Origin: Epithemia pelagica
Lineage: Eukaryota > Protista > Bacillariophyta
Reading direction: 5' to 3'
Assembly: GCA_946965045.2 (NCBI GenBank)
Contig: OX337229.1
Location: 2,728,001 to 2,792,000 of the forward strand
Length of the DNA: 64,000 nucleotides
The stretch's first letter is position 1. Every line of letters begins with the position of its first letter. The position numbers and the translations under genes are program-made. Below are positions 21,812 through 32,274 of this stretch, piece by piece. The notes beneath the pieces are model-generated. The model made no database searches. It saw nothing but the letters and a program-made list of their open reading frames with translations, and had not been told where the DNA came from.

Positions 21812-22053
21812 CCTTGGACAAACTCGACCGTCTTGTACTTGTCTTGAATTTGCTTTTTTCCCAGTGCGGCAATCTCTCCCGGAACGGAACCATCGTGAGT
21901 CAAAAAGTTTTGCGAATGCGGTGCAAAACGAGTGCACGCCAAACCCTCATCCAGGACGACGGCATTGCGCATAGATCGACCCAATGTCAAGGCCGCCGAA
22001 AGGCCTCCATAACTTCCACCAATCACGACGCAATCGAGAGATCCTGTTGTCAT
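21812..22053 (-). pseudogene. 5' part of the interrupted thioredoxin-reductase-like oxidoreductase
   Basis: FAD-binding DCVVIGGSYGGLSAALTLGRSMR. Removing the element and one TSD copy restores the in-frame junction EFVQG-RASSISKTTEGVFEITTE. Confidence 0.92.
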
Positions 22054-22989
22054 TGTGTGTGCGTTCCTTACCAAAAAAGGGTTTGGTATCTTTTTTCAAG
22101 TGGATTTGTTAAATGCGAGAAGTAGAAAGAGAGGGCACAGGCACAACGATACTTTCTCGCGCAAGAACATGATCTTGGGAAAAGATACACAAGATACCGA
22201 CTGACAATCGACTGTCCAGGATCCAGGATCTGTTACAACAGATCCAGGATGTCGATTTTGTCCATGGGCATCTGCCTTTGGCCTGTGTTCTGGTCTCTGC
22301 TTCAACATTCAACAATCCTGAGTGGAAAGGCTAAACGTCGAGGCCATCACCCCCATGGCAATAACTTCCTGGATAATTGGGCTTGACTGAATCACTTCTA
22401 GAATAAGACTCTTTACTACTAGATCAACTATGCTTTCAATTTGATTCAGGCACCCTTGAAAAATGAATGAGTTAGGAAGGTCGTTGGACTACAGCACCAC
22501 AGAAAAATGAGCATACCTTTTGATCCAACGGGACAAATCTTCTGTAACTGCAGAACACAGTAATATGAACACACTCAAACAACCTACCATGGTCAGATGT
22601 TTATGCGATGCATGGGTGAATGCATGCGGCATCACCGGATCTCGCCTTCATCGTGGAGTGTTTTTGCATTTTTTTTGGACTTCCGACCATTTCTGGGGTG
22701 ACGTGTACTATGGGATTTTATGTACTCTACGTAGCTTTTGTACTGAGCCTACTTAGATGTACATGGATCGGTATCCCCAATCCCCAGCCAAGGACTTACA
22801 ACTAAGACCTCATCAATGACAAATGCCTAATGCCCTACCAGTAAGCACAAAACAAGTCTTCAACGCTCACAAATTCACAAAGCTGGAGATCGGTACGAGT
22901 AACCTTACTCGTATTCATACGCACATTATTACGAGTATTTGTTTGGTGGTGGTAAAATGATAACGTGTCTGTTCAAGAAAGTGCCATCA

Positions 22990-23682
22990 AGACGACATGC
23001 GCCGATGATACACAACCAATCCTCCCCTTTCAGACGCCATCGTTCCTCTGACCGCTCCCACATCGCTGCCATCTACGATGCCATCGACTCTTTCACATGT
23101 GGTAGCACCCACGACCAATACCATCACCAGCACAGCCGCACCAACCAATAGTCCATCGTCGTCGTCGCCCATGTCGTCCCCCACCATCAACACCAACACG
23201 CCCATGAAATCATCGCCAACGACCCAGTGCGGATCAAAATGACAACAATACTCCTCTAGTGTCATCATCACCTCCCACCACCCAGTTCACCAACGTTCCC
23301 TCTGATCAACACGCCTGTGAAAGTACCGATCACTACCAGTCCGCTGACTACGGCGACGTCCACATCCTCAGCACTCTTTCAATTGGACACTGTCACGGCA
23401 CTGCAAAGTTCCTTCCCCATATGGAATAATATGGTGCCTCGGTGGCCTTGTCGGACAATGGACAAGTTCTGGCAGTAAGCAGCACGAATGGGACCGCCCA
23501 AGTTTATGCCTACGAACCTGGCAACCACGTCGAAGTGGAACCGTCTTTATCGGAGGAAAAGTACCTTATCAGCACTGTCCTTGTCCCGCAATGCCCAAGT
23601 TGTGGCGGCAGGATTAGCCCGGAGCAATGCCAGTCAACAAGAATGGTCCGCAAGTGTCCAAGTCTATCACCGTCGTGACTAG
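22990..23682 (+). pseudogene. Decayed Pro/Thr/Ser-rich + FG-GAP-like beta-propeller surface-protein fragment
   Basis: APTNSPS/PT-rich stretch, then YGASVALSDNGQVLAVSS and ALSLSRNAQVVAAG repeats in different frames, separated by stops. Confidence 0.45.
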
Positions 23683-24125
23683 TAGACAACCACGACAACA
23701 ACAACGAGGTAATGGATGGCTCCTTGTGGCAACCGATTGTGGTGAGGAAGAACTGTAGATGCCGATATCTACCGGTATAGGCTCTTCCATGGCAGGCGTG
23801 CGGATGAATGGTTTCTCTAGAAATGGAAATGGTGTGCCTGTGACACACATCTTTTTGGACCAACATCTCGTATTCATTTCGTGCTGGATGGATGTGGATA
23901 TTCTCGACGCGGGTCAAGCATGCCATAGAAAATGACGTGATTCACCAAAGCGCTGCACACTCAAATGGAGGCATAGACAAGGCCTTTTCAACAAAATAAT
24001 TTTAGTGTGTTACCTCGATTCCATTCGTTCTTCTTCTTCTTCTTTCTACAGTTTTAGTTGCGGTTCCACTATTGTTTGTCTTAAGAGCGACCGGCCTTGC
24101 CAATATGTGTATCTGTGTCACTCTC

Positions 24126-25301
24126 TTATTCCAGAGCTCCCTGTTCCAACACGTTGATCATGGAGTACACGCGCGGTGCCAAATCTTGCTGTCGTAATTG
24201 AGTGGCCAAGAATTGGACAGCATCAGCGGTTCCTTCGGCATAAATGGTCCGTCCGGCCACATTATGTTGCAATTGAAATTGCACCGAACCATCGGACGAC
24301 GTCAAGGTATAGGTATGAAACGCATGACCCAATATGGCGTCTTCGGGAACACCAAAGGCCATGGCTTGTTCTTCGTCACGAATCATGTCAATGTCGTCAT
24401 TGGTAAAGGTGGAGGAGGGACCCAATAAAGTTTGAAGGGATTGAATGACCGCCTTGGCCGTCCCCGACGTGTCGGCCTTGGTTTTTTGATGCGATTCGGT
24501 AACCGATAAGGTATATCCCGCAAATGAGGCGGGATATTTGTTGGCTAAGTCTTCCAATGCCGCTTGCATGGCAACAATTTGTTTGCCCATATTGGGTGCA
24601 ATCACACAAGAAATGGCAGCTGGTTCTTCCGAATTCCCTTGAACAGTGTCCATCAAGGCTGCACGATCCCCACCGGTCGTTCCCATGACAAAAGGAATTT
24701 GATGTTTCACATAAAATTCGGCATTGCCATTGACGGCCGAAGGATGGGTGTAATCAATGGCCACCAAAATACCATTGTCTCCCACTAGCGCTTGTCGCAA
24801 CCCCGTCAATTGCGCGACAATTTCGTCCGTTTGGGTCGAAGGTATCAAAAAGACATTGGAAGAGGAACCTGTTGTGGGATCCACTACAGTAATGGTCGAT
24901 GGTTCCAATTCTGGACCTGTCATGGCAAAGGGTGTCAATTTCAAGCCTTTGCGTAAACACGCTTCGGCGGCGGCCGTTGCCATGGGACCCGGCATGCCAT
25001 TTACCATGACATGAACATCACTCGTACTGGAAGGTTTTGTCGATTCGTCATCTGTTGAACTCATGCGACGTGGCAAAACGGAAAATGGTTGTTTTTTCCA
25101 TGGCCTGTGACCACCACTCTGTCTCGTTGTCGTCTTTTCGGTGTTGGACACAACAAATGCCATGCTGGGAGATTGTTCTTGCAAAGATTTGTGGTGGAAA
25201 TGTTGAAAGGCCATACCTTGCGAGCACAAAAGCAACAGCCACAAGAGACGCAAGGTACTCGAGGAAAAGAACGACTGTGTACTACGACTGGCCATGCTCA
25301 T
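24126..25301 (-). CDS. dapB: 4-hydroxy-tetrahydrodipicolinate reductase (plant-type DapB), plastid-targeted
   Basis: VMVNGMPGPMA, IDYTHPSAV, PFVMGTTGG, APNMGKQIVA, ESHQKTKADTSGTAK, HNVAGRTIYAEG. Signal peptide ending GMA-F. Confidence 0.9.
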   Translation of the reverse strand: MSMASRSTQSFFSSSTLRLLWLLLLCSQGMAFQHFHHKSLQEQSPSMAFVVSNTEKTTTRQSGGHRPWKKQPFSVLPRRMSSTDDESTKPSSTSDVHVMVNGMPGPMATAAAEACLRKGLKLTPFAMTGPELEPSTITVVDPTTGSSSNVFLIPSTQTDEIVAQLTGLRQALVGDNGILVAIDYTHPSAVNGNAEFYVKHQIPFVMGTTGGDRAALMDTVQGNSEEPAAISCVIAPNMGKQIVAMQAALEDLANKYPASFAGYTLSVTESHQKTKADTSGTAKAVIQSLQTLLGPSSTFTNDDIDMIRDEEQAMAFGVPEDAILGHAFHTYTLTSSDGSVQFQLQHNVAGRTIYAEGTADAVQFLATQLRQQDLAPRVYSMINVLEQGALE

Positions 25302-26219
25302 GGTCCTTGGAGTTGGGATGATTTCAGGGAATCTTTTTTTTGGTTGGAAAAATGTGAGGCCCTCGCTCAGTCGATCGCTGGGACTCCTCAGAGATCCATC
25401 AACCATAATGCGGATTGAAAAGGGAACGATTCAAGAGGTGTATATTTTCTGTCCTTCGTGCGTTGCCCAACTTTGGCCTCTTGTTTTTTTCCAAAGCGCC
25501 TGCCATGTCAAATCGTCAGCCTGCCTTCGATCGTTGAAATCTGAACGCCGGCCTCGCCTTGTATTTTTTGCCATGAATCGTCTCACTTCTCACTTTTTGA
25601 CAAACCACAAGAAATGACAATGGGGCTGCAACAAAATCAAACAATCCAGCAAAATGAATGACCATAGCATGAATACTACTGTCAAGATCTACCCCCTGGA
25701 TCATCAGCAAACGCGGCAATCAACCGAATGAGAAGAAGGATGAAAAATGACAAGATGACAATCAACCAGTGTGTGGACGACATCAGAGTCTAAGGAAGGA
25801 CACAATACAATGGATAGGGCCAGGAAGCCTAAACAAAAAGGAGGAGTACCTAGATACATATAGAGTTGACTATGCTTGTATTTTAGTTGCAGTCAATGTA
25901 CTAAGAGCTTTCCTTGTTGTGGGCCATTGCCACTTGTCTTTTGTTTGTGCATGTTTTTTTCTGTTTCACGTGTGTGTTCACTGTTCATCCTTGTGTGGGA
26001 TTTCTTCGCGTCGTGCTCCGTATCAAGCCAAAGCCAGGGCGAAGCGCGCGAAGCCAGTTATGACAGTTGCTATGGACGTTATAATTACTGCTTTTAGAGA
26101 AAAAACTGAGTTATAATTTCAAGTAAAAACTAAAATGAAAAAAGAAAAATGTCGGATGGATGACAGAAGTTATACACCCGCCGGATCGGACAGATTCATG
26201 CCGTACCTACCGCCTCGTA

Positions 26220-26253
26220 CAAGCTGAGTTCAGACAGAATGTTCCTGACGTAG
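26220..26253 (+). repeat. Left TIR CAAGCTGAGTTCAGACAGAATGTTCCTGACGTAG
   Basis: Inverted match to 35890-35923. Confidence 0.9.
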
Positions 26254-26847
26254 CGCTCCAGTAGGAAATCTACGTAATCCGCGCGAGCCATCCCCTTAAT
26301 ATAGCCCTTCTATTTATGCCTCTACCGTTCTACCAAAAATTGACCATGGTGAACGGTCCTTTTGACCGATCTCTTGCCAAATAGGAGACGGCTCCATGAT
26401 CCCATGCTCTGAACCTCTTCTCCATTCATGGGTTGAGCATGGAGAACGATGTCGGCGCTGCATTCGTTTTGTAGGTGTCGTTTTATCTAGTTGAAGGTGG
26501 TCGCCGCGCGATTTACTACGGCGACTCACGGCAAAACTTGGTGCAACCAATGCACCTCTATTGTAGAATCGAATGATAGAAGATAGAACAAAGACTATGA
26601 ACACTTGTAGCGTTGTTCACGTCAAAAATTGATATTCTTCTCGTTAGATATATGGAACTTAGACTAGAAGTTGCGTCGTTCACAACAAAGATTGATGTTC
26701 TTTTCTTTGTTGTGACTCACACAGCCGTACCTGAACGCAATGTATTGTACGGTAAACGTAACACAACTATAGAATTAGATCGTATTCATAGAGAATGAAG
26801 ATCCTACTCAAATGATAATCATAAAACGCTGCTACATTGTTCACTAT

Positions 26848-27420
26848 CTAGGCTTGTTGATGATTAAAGAAGAGATTTTGAAGCGGGTGCTTGAGCATCA
26901 TCGCACCAAGCGAAATGTTGAAGCGATCCATATCCTTGCTGCCCATGTAGATTGTAACGACCTGGGGTTCCATGCAGGCTTTAGGGTTGATGGAGCAGCG
27001 TGTGTAGAGGCGGATGCGTCCCATGGGAGGTCCGTTCTTGCTCGTCTTTCCAGAGACCTGGTCCAGGTGCGACAGAGCAATGAACCCAACTGGAACAACC
27101 AACGCTGGTTCCTCATGCTCGCTTGTTGCATCCCGGTCAAAGACTGCAATCCGTAGGTAGTCGGTCGCAAGCTCCCGCTGCACAAGCAGATGGCCACGGT
27201 CGACGATGTTGTGGCCAGTGTCCTTGTTTCTCGACATGGGCCCGATGAGCGCGCAAACATCGCTGGCATAAAAGCACGACTTGAACGGGAGACCAGCACC
27301 ACCCTCACGGCCATCCTCTTCGTTGAACTCGAACTTCGTCCTCATGTTGGTCATCTTGTTTCTTCTTCCTTGCCTCTTCCTGTCGTCTCTGTTTGATTGT
27401 TCCATTGCACGGCGGGTCAT
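26848..27420 (-). CDS. Hypothetical cargo protein (190 aa; may have a further 3' exon near 26314-26560)
   Basis: ATG-started ORF with a basic N-terminus and a globular-looking core (FKSCFYASDVCALIG…LRIAVFDRD…VVPVGFIALSH). No family recognised. Confidence 0.5.
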   Translation of the reverse strand: MTRRAMEQSNRDDRKRQGRRNKMTNMRTKFEFNEEDGREGGAGLPFKSCFYASDVCALIGPMSRNKDTGHNIVDRGHLLVQRELATDYLRIAVFDRDATSEHEEPALVVPVGFIALSHLDQVSGKTSKNGPPMGRIRLYTRCSINPKACMEPQVVTIYMGSKDMDRFNISLGAMMLKHPLQNLFFNHQQA

Positions 27421-27591
27421 TCGGAAGTTGCTTCATGCTGCAAGTTGATTTTGTGGCGCGCGCCGATATTGTTCACGAATGAGCGCGGGGGGATTCCCTA
27501 GATGACACAAGAACGGAGAGCGGGCAACAATCAAACAAACAAACACAACAATCAAACGAACGAATCCCTATTGTGTTCTCACTTTCCAACG

Positions 27592-28487
27592 ATGCGCCAG
27601 ACGCGTAGTGCTACCAAACGAGCTGAGTCTGCGAAGAAGGAGCAGGAGGACTCCGCCGCAGCTCCCTCCACAACCGCATTTCCCTCCGACAAGGGAAACA
27701 AGGGAAACAAGGCAAACAAGAAAATGAAGACAAAGACGGCCGTGGACAACAAAACGTCGAAGAAGAAGAAGACGACGACGACGAAGTCTCCCGCTTCGAC
27801 AAAGAAGCATGTGACCTTCAACCTTGAGGGTCCTTCGTCGTGGCAGGAGCGGGCAACTCACCATTGGGGATGAAGATGGTATCCCAGTGTTCTTCGTCAG
27901 CAACAAGGACGTCGAATGCGCTAACCTGTCGGATATCGCGGCAGAGCTCCTTGCGATCGAGGCTGTCGGCAAAGAAGGTAAGTTTGATTGTTCATTGTTG
28001 GTTTTGAGTCTCCCTTTCTCACGACGCGCCCTCTGCTGCCACAGACACCAACCCCAACAGCAAGCCCGACAACAAGCCCGACAGCAAGCCCGAGAAGGAG
28101 ATCAAGAAGGAGGACGACGTCGAGAACAAGACTCCAGAGTCTTATGTGACCCCGAAGAAAGTAACTTCTTCCCCGAAGGTGGCGTCTCGAGCTTTCGCAC
28201 TGACCCCCTCCCAGAAGCATGCTTTCCAGCGTCGGATTGCTGAGGAACAGGTGAAGGAAAGTGGAGCGACAGACCCTCGCCAGACTTTGAATGAGTCGCT
28301 GGCATTGGGAGAAAACATCCCGTCGTCTCCTCCTTTGTTCTTTAGCAATCCTTCCCGTGCATACCGGACATCCATTGATTCGTATGCCGATGATGGATTT
28401 CTCGAGACCCAAGAAGACTTCATCGGTACGCAGCAAAACGGGCTTTTTGGCCCCGATTACTTGGATCATGAGGACGAGGCGTACTAG
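27592..28487 (+). CDS. Hypothetical Lys-rich, largely disordered cargo protein; one intron (27978-28044) and an unexplained frame change near 27815-27870
   Basis: MRQTRSATKR…KKKK start. The GTAAG…CACAG intron joins …VGKE to DTNPNSKPDNKPDSKPE…DEAY* in frame. Confidence 0.55.
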
Positions 28488-29013
28488 ATATCTACTGATG
28501 GACGTTTTAGGTATCCTTAATCACTAAATATGAATCGATTTGTCATCATGGTACTTGTAGTGCTTCTACAGTCGTTCTTGTTGTGATTATTATTATTGTC
28601 GTCGTCCAAGTCCTCGTCATTGTCGTGGCTATCATTGTCGTCGTTGTATTGTAGTCGTCCTTGTTGTAGCTATCATCGCTCATCCCGTTTGTCCTCTTCA
28701 TCATCGTTATGGTCGTGATTGTCATGGTCATCATCATCGTCATCGTCGTCATCCAGCTTCCCAGTGTCGGTAGTTGGGTCCCGGTTTGCGGGCGCGTCTC
28801 GTATGGATGTACGAGGGAGTTCGTGATTGGTCCCAGACGAGCTATGATTCTTATCTCATATTTTGCGTTTTCGACACTTCATGGAAACAAACACGACAAT
28901 GTACTAAAGTATAATATGAAGGAATAAACTAATAAATCTTAATGTCATACTGCAACTCAACGTACCATGGTATTCTTTTTCAACAATAACACACTTTCAC
29001 CACGAGGAAAGAT

Positions 29014-31863
29014 CTAAGTTTGATCGGCTTCTTTGCTCGCGATCTTCTTACCAGGTTTATAATTCGCGGCCACAAGCACCTTACGAGGATTGTCACTTAG
29101 GACGCAAACACGCTTGTCCCCGACCCAAAGCTTAACCCCAACGAGCCCACTTCGGCGAACACCAGGGATGTCTTTGTCATGGAAGTAGTAGTCGGAAAGC
29201 CTGCTTTCTCCAGAAGGAAGGTTGTAGGTGTTCTTTGGCATGGGATCGTGAACGGTCCCATCTTTTCCTTGGTACACGTAGAAATGTGCACGTGGATTCC
29301 CCATCTCCCCAGTCTTAAAGCCACCAGCATGGACAGTATCTCCTCGAACGAGGAGAAACGTGCCATATGGGATATGTACCACTTTACCCAGCTCGTTCAT
29401 ATAATCCTTGTGCTTCTCACCGCGGAAACTCCACAATTCAACGGACATACCCTCCTCCGCCAGGGGCATGAAAACAATAAAAGGCATGCGTTCCCGGAGT
29501 GGCAGATCTGCATTCGCTCTCCGAGTCTTTTTGATTGGTTGCTTCCCGGAGGGCGTTTTGGGACCTTCGGACATGTTCCCTGTTACGCTCTGGAACAAGA
29601 AGTCGATGTGAGGTTCTTGAACTTTTGCCTCTGTGGTCTTCATGAACGAAAGGTGAATGTTGATTTGGTCCGCAAATGAATCATCTTTTGCGTAGTTCAT
29701 CCCATAGAGAGCTGAGGCAAGCAGCTGCTTGAAATTGGCCGTGACCTTTGCAGCATGTTCGGGGTTAACGTGGCCGAAGTACCGAATGTTGGACACCATT
29801 CCCTCATGTTCCATCATTGCCATCAACAAATTTGGTGTGTAGTCTTGAACAGATTTGAAAAATTTGCCCTTTCCTTTCTGGTCCAAGCCTGTGCTGTACC
29901 ACGCATTCTCCAACATTTCGAGGAGATCTGGCGGAGTTGTCAAAAAATATCCTCGATACATTTTGTTTTCAATATCGTACAGCCATTTGAAATACTTCGA
30001 GCGCAATTCTCTATGTAACAACTTCATTTTCTCGAAACGCTCATTCTCCTTCGCTTTCGCATCGATCGCTTCCATCTCCTCAAAAATACTATCCGTGTCA
30101 TCTTCTGCCATTACCACTGGTACGGACATTCCAGTACTAGGGCTGGGATTGGCTTGAGTGGCGGGTTGAGCTTGTGCTGCAGGTAGGACGGGACTGCTGG
30201 GAAGGAGCACGGGTTGAGCTTGTGCTGCAGGTGGGATGGGATTGCTCGGAAGGAGGTGGGGTGAGCCTTCGACCGGCTGGGTCGTGCGTTGTTGTTGCTG
30301 CTGATGATGGAGCGATGAAGGTAGAGTCCCCCCGTAACCTCCATAGTTGGGTTGATTGTAGGACGGAGGATGTCCATGGTACTGCGGCGGAGGATGACTC
30401 GTCGGAGGATGAGGATAATGCGGCGGAGGATAAGGATAATGCGGCGGAGGATGATGATTGTACTGCGGCGGAGGGTAATTGTACTGCGGCGGAGGATAAT
30501 TGTACTGCGGCGGAGGATGGTGATAATATTGCGGAGGATAATGCGGCGGCAGCTGAGGGGGCGAATTGTAGTGCTCAGAAACGTATTGCGGAGGAGGCGG
30601 AGAAGGAGGACGAGCAACAGTAGCAACTGGACGGAAAACAGTAGAAGGAGAAGTTAAGACAGGCTTCTTTGTTTTTTTCCCGTCGTCTTCATTTTCATCA
30701 CTGGGTCGACCGCGTTTCTTTCCCTCGTCTTCGTCGTCGTCACCTTTCGTCGACGGTCGGATAACCTGTTCGGAGGACGTCGGCGATTCGTCCGAAAGGT
30801 TATAAAACAAAGACAGCTCGTCGCCCTTTTCGATCGGCTTGATTGCCTTGACTAGAAGATTCGGCATGATTCTCACGTTGTAATGATCATCCGATTCATC
30901 CGGTGGATTGTCTGTACCGTACCGATGGTGTAGGTGGTCGTTGATTAAGTGCAGCCCCATGCCGAAGTGATCGTCGTTGTCTGCTTGAAGCCTTCGATTG
31001 TCACGTCCGAACTGAATCGCGTACTCGTTGGGTACAACTGTCCGAGACGTGACGTCGTTTCCCGTGTACGCACCAATCACTTCACCATCTTTGATTGTCC
31101 GAACTGCAAAAACGCCAAACCCGGCGCCTGGGAGTTTTGACTCCTTCACCTCAAACAGAAGCACTTTTCCAAGGTAGATCTTGACTACCGGATTGTTCGC
31201 AAATGTGTAACCGACATGCTTGCCGATCGGGAAGGTATGTTTTCTGTTCTCCTTGACAGGGAGACCCATTCCACTCGAAAGTGGCACAATCTTCCCCTTT
31301 GACAAGCCAGAACCGGGCTTCCGAATTGGAGCTTCATGGACCGAAAAAGTGGCCGAAATCTTCCGTGAGACATACTCTCCCATAGCACAGGCAAGTACAG
31401 CACTGTCTTTGATCTTGGAGAGCGTCTTGAGGCCTTCGGAGAAAGTCCTGATTGGATCCCGTCCAGAACGAGAAGGGAGTTTCTCCACTTCCTCGATGCC
31501 TTTCTTGTAGTCCTCTGTGCGCGTATCGATGAGGAGCTGCCGCATTTGAGTTTCCGAATACTGTTTGCTGTGGTCCTTCTCTGGATGGCCACGCCGAACA
31601 TCTGCAAGCTTTTTATCCTTCACTTCGGCAAAGTCTTGATCCGAAAGAAACCGATGGTGCTTTGTTGTTGTCGCTTCGTCTGTTGCTGCTGCTTCGGGTG
31701 CTGCGGCTGCTGCTGCTTCGGGCGCCGCTGCTGCTTTGGCTGACTGCTCTTCCGCTGCATCTATTGCAAGTATAAGAGCGTCAAGATTTCCTTTGTCACT
31801 CATGCTGTCTCGTTTTTGAGCGCCTGCTTTTGAATACTGTTTCTTAGGGCTTGGTTTCCCCAT
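29014..31863 (-). CDS. Cargo protein: SET domain + Pro/Tyr repeat linker + C-terminal 2OG-Fe(II) dioxygenase-like domain
   Basis: SET motifs: SKLPGAGFGVFA, GEVIGAYTG, LINDH, AIKPIEKGDELSLFY. Dioxygenase-like motifs: EPHIDF (HxD), VFMPL, IPYGTFLLVRGDTVHAGG (distal His), NPRAHFY (Arg). Confidence 0.8.
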   Translation of the reverse strand: MGKPSPKKQYSKAGAQKRDSMSDKGNLDALILAIDAAEEQSAKAAAAPEAAAAAAPEAAATDEATTTKHHRFLSDQDFAEVKDKKLADVRRGHPEKDHSKQYSETQMRQLLIDTRTEDYKKGIEEVEKLPSRSGRDPIRTFSEGLKTLSKIKDSAVLACAMGEYVSRKISATFSVHEAPIRKPGSGLSKGKIVPLSSGMGLPVKENRKHTFPIGKHVGYTFANNPVVKIYLGKVLLFEVKESKLPGAGFGVFAVRTIKDGEVIGAYTGNDVTSRTVVPNEYAIQFGRDNRRLQADNDDHFGMGLHLINDHLHHRYGTDNPPDESDDHYNVRIMPNLLVKAIKPIEKGDELSLFYNLSDESPTSSEQVIRPSTKGDDDEDEGKKRGRPSDENEDDGKKTKKPVLTSPSTVFRPVATVARPPSPPPPQYVSEHYNSPPQLPPHYPPQYYHHPPPQYNYPPPQYNYPPPQYNHHPPPHYPYPPPHYPHPPTSHPPPQYHGHPPSYNQPNYGGYGGTLPSSLHHQQQQQRTTQPVEGSPHLLPSNPIPPAAQAQPVLLPSSPVLPAAQAQPATQANPSPSTGMSVPVVMAEDDTDSIFEEMEAIDAKAKENERFEKMKLLHRELRSKYFKWLYDIENKMYRGYFLTTPPDLLEMLENAWYSTGLDQKGKGKFFKSVQDYTPNLLMAMMEHEGMVSNIRYFGHVNPEHAAKVTANFKQLLASALYGMNYAKDDSFADQINIHLSFMKTTEAKVQEPHIDFLFQSVTGNMSEGPKTPSGKQPIKKTRRANADLPLRERMPFIVFMPLAEEGMSVELWSFRGEKHKDYMNELGKVVHIPYGTFLLVRGDTVHAGGFKTGEMGNPRAHFYVYQGKDGTVHDPMPKNTYNLPSGESRLSDYYFHDKDIPGVRRSGLVGVKLWVGDKRVCVLSDNPRKVLVAANYKPGKKIASKEADQT
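30395..30560. repeat. Coding ~21-24-nt tandem repeats (GCGGCGGAGGAT core) encoding PPPQYNY/PPPHYPY
   Basis: Repeated GTACTGCGGCGGAGG / ATGCGGCGGAGG units are visible on the + strand. Confidence 0.85.
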
Positions 31864-32274
31864 GGTCGAAACGCAAAAACTCGAAACACGAAACACAAGA
31901 AACACGAAACGCAGCATTCTCCTCAGCCCTCAGCTCACATTCCAAAAAAAAATCTTGAGCTCACATACTAAAAAACGGTGAAGTTTTGGTATGTGGGCTG
32001 AGTTATTTAAGGATTTGCGTGCCAGTTTTGCAATGCGTGCGCGTTTTCGGAGAGGGAGGCGTGTTTCGCGCGAGGTCTGCTCCAAAAATCGTCCATTTTC
32101 TCGCTCTCTCACATTTTCGAGGTACTTACAAACTGATAATCCAACACGCAACACGAGCACGCAACACGGAAGTGATCATTGATACCAATAACTGACAAGA
32201 AATACATTCAATAAAATGGATTGCTGTTATAAATAGTTAAGTTACATGCATTTTGATGATAAATGGAGATTAGA

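Noticed and set aside
26848-27420. Possible BAH/chromatin-reader fold in the cargo ORF
   Set aside because: Only a vague pattern resemblance; it cannot be supported without a profile or structure search.
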